DNA from: Thiorhodococcus sp.
GTDB lineage: Bacteria > Pseudomonadota > Gammaproteobacteria > Chromatiales > Chromatiaceae
NCBI GenBank assembly: GCA_029257385.1
Contig: JARIBS010000001.1
Span: 8,748 to 72,747, forward strand
Direction of reading: 5' to 3'
DNA: 64,000 nt
The notes beneath the pieces are model-generated. The model did no database searches. It worked only from the letters and a program-made list of their open reading frames with translations, and had not been told where the DNA came from. Below, piece after piece: positions 16,136 to 24,234 of this stretch (its first letter is position 1; each line of letters opens with the position of its first letter). A program made the translations under genes and the position numbers.

Positions 16136-16713
16136 AAGCAGCTTCCAATATTGTTGGCCAGACCAAACCCTTATTGGGCTGAAGATAGCGTGGATATTGG
16201 GCTTAAGTTAGCGTGAAATCCGGCGTGACTGCCTGAGTGTACGCATTTTGTCTGGCGCCTGGTGGGACTTTTCTCAGTAGCGCCTCCGTTCTGTGGAGGT
16301 CAGTGAGGACTCGGCGTATACTTTCAAGACACTCTTCATTGAGTCTGGGTCGATGGCCCGCGAGAAAGCCCTGATTAAAGTGCCCCGAAGCATGGCATAC
16401 GTTTTCAGGTAGTGCCCCGATCTATATGATGACTTCTGTCTTAAAGCATTGATTAGATAGATTTAAATTGTCGCGCCGTCATGCAGAAAAGGGCACTAAC
16501 CGTTTTCACTTGTGTAAGAGCGTCTTCGCGCTCTTCGCTCGACTTCTCAAGCCTGGCGCGATGCGCGACTGCCCCTGAGAGTGGCCAGCGCCACCATCAT
16601 GACCTACGCTAGGGAGGTGATGGGTTTGGGCGTGTTGTGACTTCTGGTGCAGGGCTTCAACCAGGGAAGACCCATAATCATAGCGGTTCAATCTGACTAG
16701 ATGGGCGAAATCC

Positions 16714-18075
16714 ATGGCGCATTCATTTCCACCCAGTATCCCTCTTGATCTGCTCGAGCGTTACGGCCATACGGCGCAAGGTTGCCCCATGTCCTCCGGA
16801 GAGCTTGTTGGAGATAGATCCTTCATGTCGCCTCAGTACGCACAGGCTCTGCAAGGTTTATGCCAGCATGCAGATGGCCCACTGGCGATCTATGTGCATG
16901 TCCCTTTCTGTCATGTGCGCTGTCTGTATTGTGCATGCGACACGACCGTGACCCACAGTCTCGAAAAGGTCGATCAGTACCTCGATGCGCTCGAGCGCGA
17001 GATGGACATGGTGATTGACCATATCGGGCAAGGTCGCAGAGTCACGCAACTGCATGTGGGAGGCGGAACACCGAATCATCTCAACGAGCCGCAGTTGGCG
17101 CGTTTAATGGAGATCGTCGAGCAGCATTTCAAGCTCTCTAGCGATGCCTGTACCTCTATCGAATGTAATCCCCGCCGTGCATCGGTTGGACAGATGGAAC
17201 TGTTGTATGGTCTTGGCTTTCGTCGTATCAGCTTCGGTGTGCAGGATCTCGACAACGATGTACAGCGCGCCATCGGGCGTGTTCAGTCATTGAACATGGT
17301 GCGCGATGTTTTTCTCACGGCCCGTGAAGCAGGCTTTGAAAGCATCAGCCTGGATCTGGTTTACGGCCTGCCCTTTCAGACGCTCAAAGGCTTTCAGGCG
17401 ACGCTCGATCAAGTGCTGGAGTTGGGACCCGACCGCGTGGCTTGTTTCAGCTATGCGCATGACCCCTCCAGCAAACCGCATCAACACGCGATCAATACAG
17501 CACATCTTCCATCGCCGAGCGATAAGCTCGCTTTGTTCCATGGCGCTGTGCGCGCCTTCAGCGAGGCTGGCTATCGCTGGGTCGGTCTAGACGTCTTCGT
17601 GCGCGAGGACGACGAGCTGTTTGTAGCCCAAGAGAAGGGGCAGCTTTATCGCAATGCCATCGGTTACACATCAAGGCCGATCAAGCAGGTGATCGCCTTC
17701 GGACCGAGCGGGGTCGGAGAAATCGGCGATGTGCTGGTGCGCAATGAGCCAGATCTGAAGCTGTGGCAAAAACGGCTGAATAATGGAGAGCTACCCGTCG
17801 CGCGGGGACACAGCATGAGCGAGGCCGATCGCAAACGCCGCGATGCGATCCTGTATCTCATGTGCAATCTACAACTTCCCGCAAGCTCCGCGGTCGATCT
17901 CGATGAAGAATACGAACGTCTGTGTAAAGGCGCGGAACATGGTCTCATTGAGGTCTCGGACACCGGGATTCGCGTGACGGATGAAGGGCGCTATCTGCTA
18001 CATGGTCTCTGCGGGGGGCGCGATGAGCTGGTTAACTGGGGCAGTAGCCAGTGGCGTTTCAACGCAGCGCTATGA
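16714..18075 (+). CDS. hemN: oxygen-independent coproporphyrinogen III oxidase-like radical SAM enzyme
   Basis: 453 aa, YVHVPFCHVRCLYCAC (CxxxCxxC), VGGGTPNHL, and a HemN-type C-terminal domain. Confidence 0.85.
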   Translation: MAHSFPPSIPLDLLERYGHTAQGCPMSSGELVGDRSFMSPQYAQALQGLCQHADGPLAIYVHVPFCHVRCLYCACDTTVTHSLEKVDQYLDALEREMDMVIDHIGQGRRVTQLHVGGGTPNHLNEPQLARLMEIVEQHFKLSSDACTSIECNPRRASVGQMELLYGLGFRRISFGVQDLDNDVQRAIGRVQSLNMVRDVFLTAREAGFESISLDLVYGLPFQTLKGFQATLDQVLELGPDRVACFSYAHDPSSKPHQHAINTAHLPSPSDKLALFHGAVRAFSEAGYRWVGLDVFVREDDELFVAQEKGQLYRNAIGYTSRPIKQVIAFGPSGVGEIGDVLVRNEPDLKLWQKRLNNGELPVARGHSMSEADRKRRDAILYLMCNLQLPASSAVDLDEEYERLCKGAEHGLIEVSDTGIRVTDEGRYLLHGLCGGRDELVNWGSSQWRFNAAL

Positions 18076-18671
18076 GTCAATCAGCCAATCTGGGCCGCGT
18101 CGGTCCAAACGCCATCATTCGGGTTCTGGAGGCATTGCAGTCGAGCGATCGCGACCGGGCAACCACCGATGCGGTTTTCCAGGGCGCGGCCATTGCGCAC
18201 TACCTCGAGACGCCTCCGGCCGAGATGGTGATCGAGCAAGAGGTCATTGCCCTACAACGCGCGTTGCGCGATCAGCTCGGCATCGCTCGGGCGCGCGCGA
18301 TCGCGCACGATGCCGGATTACGCACCGGCGACTACCTGCTCGCCAACCGCATCCCCGGTCCGGCGCAAACCGTGCTGAAACTGCTGCCTGCAAGGCTTGC
18401 GAGCCGCGTCCTTCTCAAAGCCATCGGTGGCAACGCCTGGACCTTCGTCGGGACCGGTGTCTTCGAGTCCAGCGCCCGCTTTCCTCCGAAGATCACCATT
18501 CACGACTCTTTGCTCTGCCGTGGCACCTCCGCCGATCAGCCCGTATGCGATTTTTACACGGGGACGTTCGAGCGACTTTTTCGGGTGCTGGTGAATCCGA
18601 ATACGGTTGTGACCGAGACCGCCTGCCGAGCCACTGGCGCTGCGAGTTGCGTGTTCGAGATCCGCTGGTAG
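18072..18671 (+). CDS. bchJ: bacteriochlorophyll 4-vinyl reductase-family protein BchJ (V4R domain)
   Basis: ATG 18072 overlaps the hemN TGA (ATGA). GRVGPNAIIRVLEAL... and a C-terminal Cys-containing V4R-like region. Confidence 0.8.
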   Translation: MSQSANLGRVGPNAIIRVLEALQSSDRDRATTDAVFQGAAIAHYLETPPAEMVIEQEVIALQRALRDQLGIARARAIAHDAGLRTGDYLLANRIPGPAQTVLKLLPARLASRVLLKAIGGNAWTFVGTGVFESSARFPPKITIHDSLLCRGTSADQPVCDFYTGTFERLFRVLVNPNTVVTETACRATGAASCVFEIRW

Positions 18672-18732
18672 GGCCGCGCGACTCACCTGCGCAATCGAGT
18701 ATCGTTGATGCGCGGATGAGGCAACTGCTCAG

Positions 18733-20118
18733 ATGATTGGTAATCCATCCTTTTCAGATGCGCCATGGTCGGATGGGCGAGGGCATGCCCTGATCCATGG
18801 CGAAACCACCATTACCTACAGTGGTTTGAGATCCGCTGTCCTGGAGCGTGAGCGACTGCTCGCTAGCCAAGGTCTGAAACCCGGACAGGCCGTGCTGGTG
18901 CCCGACTCTCCCGCGTCGGACCTGATTTTGATGCTGCATGCCTTGGCACGTGACGGCGCCATCCTGTTGCCGTTTCGCGCGGGGACTCCCTCGTCGGATC
19001 TCACCGAGCTTGCCGCCCTCACGTCCGCCGAATGGCAATGGTCTCCTCACCAGTGTCGACTGACCCGCACTGGCTTCTGCGTATCCGCGCGCGATATCTC
19101 TTCGCAATCCGATGCGATCCGTCTGTTGATCAAGACGAGTGGCAGCAGTGGAACCCCGAAGGTGACCATGCTGACGGGGGAGGGGCTCTTGGCCTCGGCT
19201 TTGAGTGCCAATGCCAGACTCGGTCTCGCGCCGGACGATCTCTGGCTGGCCTGTTTGCGGCAGAGTCATATCGGCGGAATCTCCATCGGATATCGCTGTG
19301 CGCTCGCGGGTGCAACGCTGCTGCTGCACAATGCGTTCGATGCCACTGCGGTCGGGCGCGATCTCTTCGCCCATCCCATCACTCATCTGTCTCTGGTTCC
19401 GCCGATGTTGGCCAGGATTCTGGACCTGGGTCTACCCCCGCCTCCCACGCTCCGCGTACTGTTAGTCGGTGGTCAAGCCCTGAGTCCCGCGTTGGCTCGC
19501 AGAGCGGTGGACGCGGGTTGGCCGCTGCATGTCACCTACGGCATGACCGAGACGGCATCCCAGATTGCGACGGCTCGGGTGTTGCAGGGCGCGTCCATCG
19601 ATCCGGCCTTGGCGGGCGAGTTGCTGCCGAGCGTTGAGGTCGATGCCCAGGATTGCGGGTCGGTCCCCACGCCTTTGCGCATTCGCGGGCCGATGTTGAT
19701 GGCCGGTTACGCCAATCCGGCGCGCACCACCGGGCAGGGGCTTAATCATGGATGGTTTGAAACAGCCGATCTAGCCTGCCTGTCGACGCTGGGTGAGTTG
19801 AGGATTCTCGGCCGCGCCGATGATGTTCTGGTCATCGGTGGGATCAATGTATCACGCGCTCGCGTTGAGCGAACGCTTGCAGAGGCCCCTGGGGTCAGCG
19901 ATTGTGTCGTCATCAGTCTCGAAGACTCGGTCTGGGGGCACCGGCTGGTGGCGATCTTCTCCGGGGAGACACACGAAAAGGCGCTAGAGTGCTGGTGTCG
20001 CGAGCACATGGCCAATCCAGAGCGCCCGCGCGCATTCCTTCGCCTGGAGTCACTTCCGCTGCTTGATTCGGGCAAGTACGACCGCATTGCGATCAAGGCG
20101 CGATTGCTAATGCGTTAG
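18733..20118 (+). CDS. AMP-dependent synthetase/ligase, MenE (o-succinylbenzoate-CoA ligase)-like
   Basis: 461 aa. Adenylation motifs TSGSSGTPK and YGMTE, hinge RADDVLVIGGINV. The N-terminus FSDAPW resembles E. coli MenE FSDWPW (from memory). Confidence 0.6.
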   Translation: MIGNPSFSDAPWSDGRGHALIHGETTITYSGLRSAVLERERLLASQGLKPGQAVLVPDSPASDLILMLHALARDGAILLPFRAGTPSSDLTELAALTSAEWQWSPHQCRLTRTGFCVSARDISSQSDAIRLLIKTSGSSGTPKVTMLTGEGLLASALSANARLGLAPDDLWLACLRQSHIGGISIGYRCALAGATLLLHNAFDATAVGRDLFAHPITHLSLVPPMLARILDLGLPPPPTLRVLLVGGQALSPALARRAVDAGWPLHVTYGMTETASQIATARVLQGASIDPALAGELLPSVEVDAQDCGSVPTPLRIRGPMLMAGYANPARTTGQGLNHGWFETADLACLSTLGELRILGRADDVLVIGGINVSRARVERTLAEAPGVSDCVVISLEDSVWGHRLVAIFSGETHEKALECWCREHMANPERPRAFLRLESLPLLDSGKYDRIAIKARLLMR

Positions 20119-20511
20119 CAAACGCCGCATGAAAAATGCGACAACTACCTTGATACTTACCGCAAGGACCGCAGGGTCAGGTGCGGTTCGGCCAAGTGGT
20201 AAAACTCAACCCGATTTCGGCCACTGTAATAGTCTGCTCCCTGCGCTGGCGGGTGTCCTACGGACTCTTGATGCCGTTGATCGACGATGATCTGCGCAAT
20301 GGCGATCTACTAATGACTGGCAAGTTCATTAGGCTGGCCGAGGAAGACAGTGCGCTGCTGCCGACTACAGGCCAATAAGGAGCTTTACTCGCGTACGACA
20401 CTGGAGGCTCGAGTCAGTCACCCAACGATGGCATGAATCCCGAGTAGGCCTGACAACCATGAGCACAATGGCGAGCAGGCGTCTCCATCAGAGCAGCTTG
20501 GAGAGGACGAC

Positions 20512-21270
20512 ATGGCAGCAGGCGCAGCAGGTGCCGGCATCCCGTGGTGGGAGATTACGGATTATGTGGGGACGGCAATCGTCCTCGCTGGCGTGGTCAC
20601 GGCGGCAATTCTCGTCGCGCTGCTGGTGCGATTGCGCCGACAACGAGCGGCCCGGCGACCGCTTTATCGGCGCGCCAATGGCAGCAAACGACTCTTGCGA
20701 CGCCGACATCGTCCGCAGGCGCGCGCGATGGGGCCTGCGATGAACGACACAGATCAGGAGCCTAAGCCAAATGGCCATGAGGAGCTGCCGATCCAGTCGT
20801 CCGATCCGGTGCTACGACTGCTGCACCGCATCATGCACGTGGCCACTTATGTACTGGCCATCGCAATGGTCGTGGTGATTCTGGAGGGTGTCGCGAGTGT
20901 CATTTACACGCTGTATCTCAGTATATTGGCACCGCCTTTTTTCATAGTGCCGGACATCGTCAAGACCTTTAGCGCCTTTTTGGCGGTGCTGATCGCCTAC
21001 GAGATCTTCGCCAATATCACGCTGTATATTCGCTCGGACGTATTTCCCGTCAAGCTTGTCGTCGCCACTGCCCTGATGGCAGTGGCGCGGAAAATCATCG
21101 TTCTTGATATGGATGAATACACGGCGCTCGACCTGATCGGCATCGGCATCGTCGTGCTCGGGCTTGGTGTCACCTATTGGCTCGTTTCGCAAGCCGATGC
21201 GCGCTGCGGGCCGGCACGCTCATCCACCACCAGCGCGCTACCGCCGAGAGAGGGGCGTGACGAACGCTAG
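20512..21270 (+). CDS. PsiE-like (phosphate-starvation-inducible E family) membrane protein with an extra N-terminal TM and polybasic linker
   Basis: GGAGAGG sits 5 nt before ATG 20512. The core LLHRIMHVATYVLAIAMVVVILEG...KLVVATALMAVARKIIVLD resembles PsiE. An alternative start at ATG 20740 would remove the extension. Confidence 0.55.
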   Translation: MAAGAAGAGIPWWEITDYVGTAIVLAGVVTAAILVALLVRLRRQRAARRPLYRRANGSKRLLRRRHRPQARAMGPAMNDTDQEPKPNGHEELPIQSSDPVLRLLHRIMHVATYVLAIAMVVVILEGVASVIYTLYLSILAPPFFIVPDIVKTFSAFLAVLIAYEIFANITLYIRSDVFPVKLVVATALMAVARKIIVLDMDEYTALDLIGIGIVVLGLGVTYWLVSQADARCGPARSSTTSALPPREGRDER

Positions 21271-21544
21271 CTTTCATGGTGCGTCGCGCACCACAAAGGA
21301 TGAAGTGCGGGGAAAATCGGGGACGGGAGACGGGAATAGTCGAGGGCATACCGCTCATAAAAACCTATCCAAATCTTATACTGGAGATGACCGGGCCCCT
21401 CTGTGCCTGAGAAAAATCGCACTCATCTCGCATGATGATTATCTTTGTACGTGTGCTCGACGCACCGACGGTGTTGCGTGGCGCATGCGGAAATGATGCG
21501 AATAGAGTGCGAAATCTGACCTCAGATCCCCACAAGAAGGCTTC

Positions 21545-21823
21545 ATGAACGATACCTTAGTGGCAGATCGCAGCCCATGGGCTGTTTTTCTCATCTTTCT
21601 GCAACTTGGTCTAACCTCGTTCGGCGGGTCGATCGCGCACCTTGGCTATTTCCGCGACGGGTTCCTGACCCGACGGCGTTGGCTGACGGAGCACAGCTAC
21701 GCGGAACTGGTCGCCTTGTGCCAGTTCCTGCCGGGACCGGCGAGCAGTCAGGTCATGGAGCGGATAAAAGGATGGCGCAATTGGCCAAACAGCCCGACGA
21801 AGAGGGGTCAAGCAAAAGCCTGA
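21545..21823 (+). pseudogene. chrA: chromate transporter (ChrA) N-terminal fragment, homology ends near 21754
   Basis: WAVFLIFLQLGLTSFGGSIAHLGYFRDGFLTRRRWLTEHSYAELVALCQFLPGPASSQV is the ChrA N-terminus. It is followed by unrelated residues and a stop, whereas full-length ChrA is several-fold longer. Confidence 0.6.
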
Positions 21824-22191
21824 CCCTGAGTCTGCTGCTCGACCATGCACTCCTCCTTCACCCCGAGCAACACACCCGCCTGAATCGCCAAGCGCCCGTG
21901 TGCAGCCTCCAACAGCATTGCCAGGGTGAGGCGTTGGTGGACATGTTCCGAGGGCTCTTGGTGGCCGAGGATCCTGCTGCGCAGCTGGCGCAGACCATCA
22001 AGACGTTGTTTCCTCTGGCCCCGTCAACCAAGCACATGAGCGGGCGCGACCTGGGTCGGCAAGAACCGACACCCGCGTTGCGATACCGCGCCGCAGAGGT
22101 GTGTGCTTGCGCTCAGCGTATCGCCATGGTGGAGTACCGTTTCAGCAAAGTCTATACTGACCAGGCTAACTAGTTACTTCCGGGAGCCGAC

Positions 22192-22452
22192 ATGAAACAG
22201 TGGGCGCTGCAAGATGCCAAGGCGCGGCTGAGCGAGCTGGTGCGGCTCGCATCCGACCACGGGCCGCAAGAGATCACGCTGCGCGGTGAGCCCGCCGTGG
22301 TAGTGCTGTCGCGTGCGGCTTTCGACCAACTGACCAATCCGCGCGAGTCGTTGGTCGAGTTTATGCGACGCTCCCCGTTGTATGGTGCGGACGACGTCGA
22401 GTTTCCGCGCAATGAGAGCTTGACGCGTGAGATCGACCTGTGCCCTGGTTGA
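22192..22452 (+). CDS. type II antitoxin, Phd/YefM-like, partner of the VapC toxin
   Basis: 86 aa starting MKQWALQDAKARLSELVRLA...PQEITLRGEPAVVVLS. Overlaps the downstream PIN gene by 13 nt. Confidence 0.75.
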   Translation: MKQWALQDAKARLSELVRLASDHGPQEITLRGEPAVVVLSRAAFDQLTNPRESLVEFMRRSPLYGADDVEFPRNESLTREIDLCPG

Positions 22453-22856
22453 TCGGCACCAACGCACTGTCGGAGTTAAAGAAGCGCAAACCCCATGCCG
22501 GAGTGGCCCGCTGGTTCGCGGAGCACCCATCCGGCTCCCTGCATCTCTCCGTGCTGACCCTTGGCGAGCTGCGCAAGGGCATCCACGCGATGCCCGAGGG
22601 CGAGCGCAAAGATCGGTTCTCGGCCTGGTTGGAAACCGAGGTGCCCGACTACTTCGCCGGTCGCATTCTCGCTGTCGATACCCGTGTTGCTGATCGCTGG
22701 GGTCGTCTATGTGCTGAGGTCGGGCGCCCATTGCCCGCCATCGACAGTCTGCTTGCCGCCACCGCTCTGGTACACGGACTCACGCTCGTTACTCGCAACC
22801 TGGCCGACTTCGATCTGCCGGTGCTACGGGTCGTCAATCCTTGGAACGAGGCATAG
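22440..22856 (+). CDS. vapC: PIN-domain toxin VapC/FitB-like with Gly in place of the first catalytic Asp
   Basis: 138 aa, GTG start. LIGTNALSEL replaces the usual LLDTNV. The other acidic positions are present (TLGELRKG, AIDSLLAATA, TRNLADF), and the protein ends NPW. Confidence 0.8.
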   Translation: MPWLIGTNALSELKKRKPHAGVARWFAEHPSGSLHLSVLTLGELRKGIHAMPEGERKDRFSAWLETEVPDYFAGRILAVDTRVADRWGRLCAEVGRPLPAIDSLLAATALVHGLTLVTRNLADFDLPVLRVVNPWNEA

Positions 22857-22937
22857 CAGTAATGCCGATGTTGAACGCAGCCGCTTATCTGCAAAGCAAC
22901 CCCGGCGCTCGCTGCCGCCGCGCACGCGCCTCTGAAG

Positions 22938-23315
22938 GTGATCCTATTCGGCTCCTATACACGGGACGATACCGGATTTTCAAGGCACCGGAGCTGGCGA
23001 CCCAAGGCGATGCAGTGGCTAAGACATTCGTCACGGACCTCGATCAAGCGATTGCCAGCAATGATCTGCGTAAGCTGCAAAATATCGAGAGCGGACTTTG
23101 TCGAGCGCTATGGCACGCCCTATGACCCGACCGTGAGCTACAGCCGCGAATCGCTGGCGATCGATGTGTCGGTCGGCAAGACCGATCAGCTCTACAAGGC
23201 GCTCTCGTATCACACGAAGGCGCCCCACCTCGCAATAGTGCCGTCAATCCTGCACTATACGGTGCCGGGTGACATTGTGCTGGAAGGCTTTGTCGGCTTG
23301 GGCATGACCCTCTAG
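22938..23315 (+). pseudogene. DNA methyltransferase N-terminal fragment (frameshifted, truncated just after motif I), with a possible nucleotidyltransferase scrap at its 5' end
   Basis: LYKALSYHTKAPHLAIVPSILHYTVPGDIVLEGFVGLGMTL-stop resembles the pre-motif-I/motif-I region of N6/N4 methylases. Upstream sense continues in another frame (22841-23125). KVILFGSYTRDD resembles an MNT-type motif. Confidence 0.45.
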
Positions 23316-23386
23316 CACTCTTCAAAACACCAGCAAGATCCCAGGCCGGGCGTGCCCTATTCGCCTGGCCCGGTCAGGACTCCGCG

Positions 23387-24157
23387 TTATTGGTGTCCGC
23401 CGCCGGCGTGCTTACCCATCTCTTTCTTCGTATAGCCTTCTGGAATCTCGAACATATCTGCAGTCATGGGTTCCTCGCGGATGACTGTGACCTCGCTCTC
23501 GGTTTCCATAATCGAGCCCATCATATCCATCTTTGCTTTCGATAAGATCGTATAGCCCTTGATCTTGGCCATCTCCTCACGCTGTGCTTTTGCCGCGTCC
23601 GAGTCGCCGAGCAGGCCATCGGGACCGGCCATGCTCATCAGGTCGGTATAGCGCTCGAGGTCGATGTCGACATCCTCGGTGGCCCAGACCTCCTGCTCAA
23701 TGTCCACCATGCCGGTCTTGCGCACGATGTATTTTTTGCAGTTCCAATCGTTGATCTTACGTGTCTCGTCGGTCGGTTCGACGCTGACCTTATTCTGCTC
23801 CATCATCGCGCGCATCTGATCAATGCCGGGTTGAGACATGCCTTGCATCATGCTCTTGGCGTTGATCTGGTAGTACTCCTTCACACTATGGTTGAGGAAG
23901 GTCATGGTGTCGCTTGCGGGGTCTAGGATCATGTCGTTGCCCTGAGGGTCAGAGCTGGCAACTTTCATTTTGTCGTAGGCTACGTAGGTCTTGCTCAGTT
24001 CCTCGCGCGGCGCTTCGCCCACCAAGCCTGCGCTAACGTTGCGTGTTTCGATATACAGACCCGTCTCGCTTGCAACAGCGGGAGCGAGCACCAAGGCCAG
24101 TAGGGCTGTCGCGCCTAGACGCGCACTCAAACTGGACGGAAAGAAGCGATGTTGCAT
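23387..24157 (-). CDS. secreted protein of unknown function (DUF4412-like, from memory), last gene of the ior-paaK operon
   Basis: Signal peptide MQHRFFPSSLSARLGATALLALVLAPAVASE from ATG 24157. An alternative ATG at 24238 overlaps the paaK stop (ATGA). C-terminus FEIPEGYTKKE. Confidence 0.6.
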   Translation of the reverse strand: MQHRFFPSSLSARLGATALLALVLAPAVASETGLYIETRNVSAGLVGEAPREELSKTYVAYDKMKVASSDPQGNDMILDPASDTMTFLNHSVKEYYQINAKSMMQGMSQPGIDQMRAMMEQNKVSVEPTDETRKINDWNCKKYIVRKTGMVDIEQEVWATEDVDIDLERYTDLMSMAGPDGLLGDSDAAKAQREEMAKIKGYTILSKAKMDMMGSIMETESEVTVIREEPMTADMFEIPEGYTKKEMGKHAGGGHQ

Positions 24158-24234
24158 GGTTGATTTCCCCGTGGTGAAGGAGGCCCCGTTCCCGAGACCG
24201 ATGGCGCGCTTGATGAAATGTCGGATCAGGATAC

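Noticed and set aside
16506-16715. 69-aa minus-strand ORF diverging from hemN
   Set aside because: No SD, Gly/His/Ser-rich tail and no family resemblance. Kept only as part of the gap finding.
20119-20511. Possible ncRNA (4.5S, tmRNA, 6S) or small gene in the ORF-poor stretch after the ligase gene
   Set aside because: No conserved SRP, tmRNA or tRNA-like sequence blocks are recognisable by eye. ORF 20181-20378 has a GTG start, no SD and no motif.
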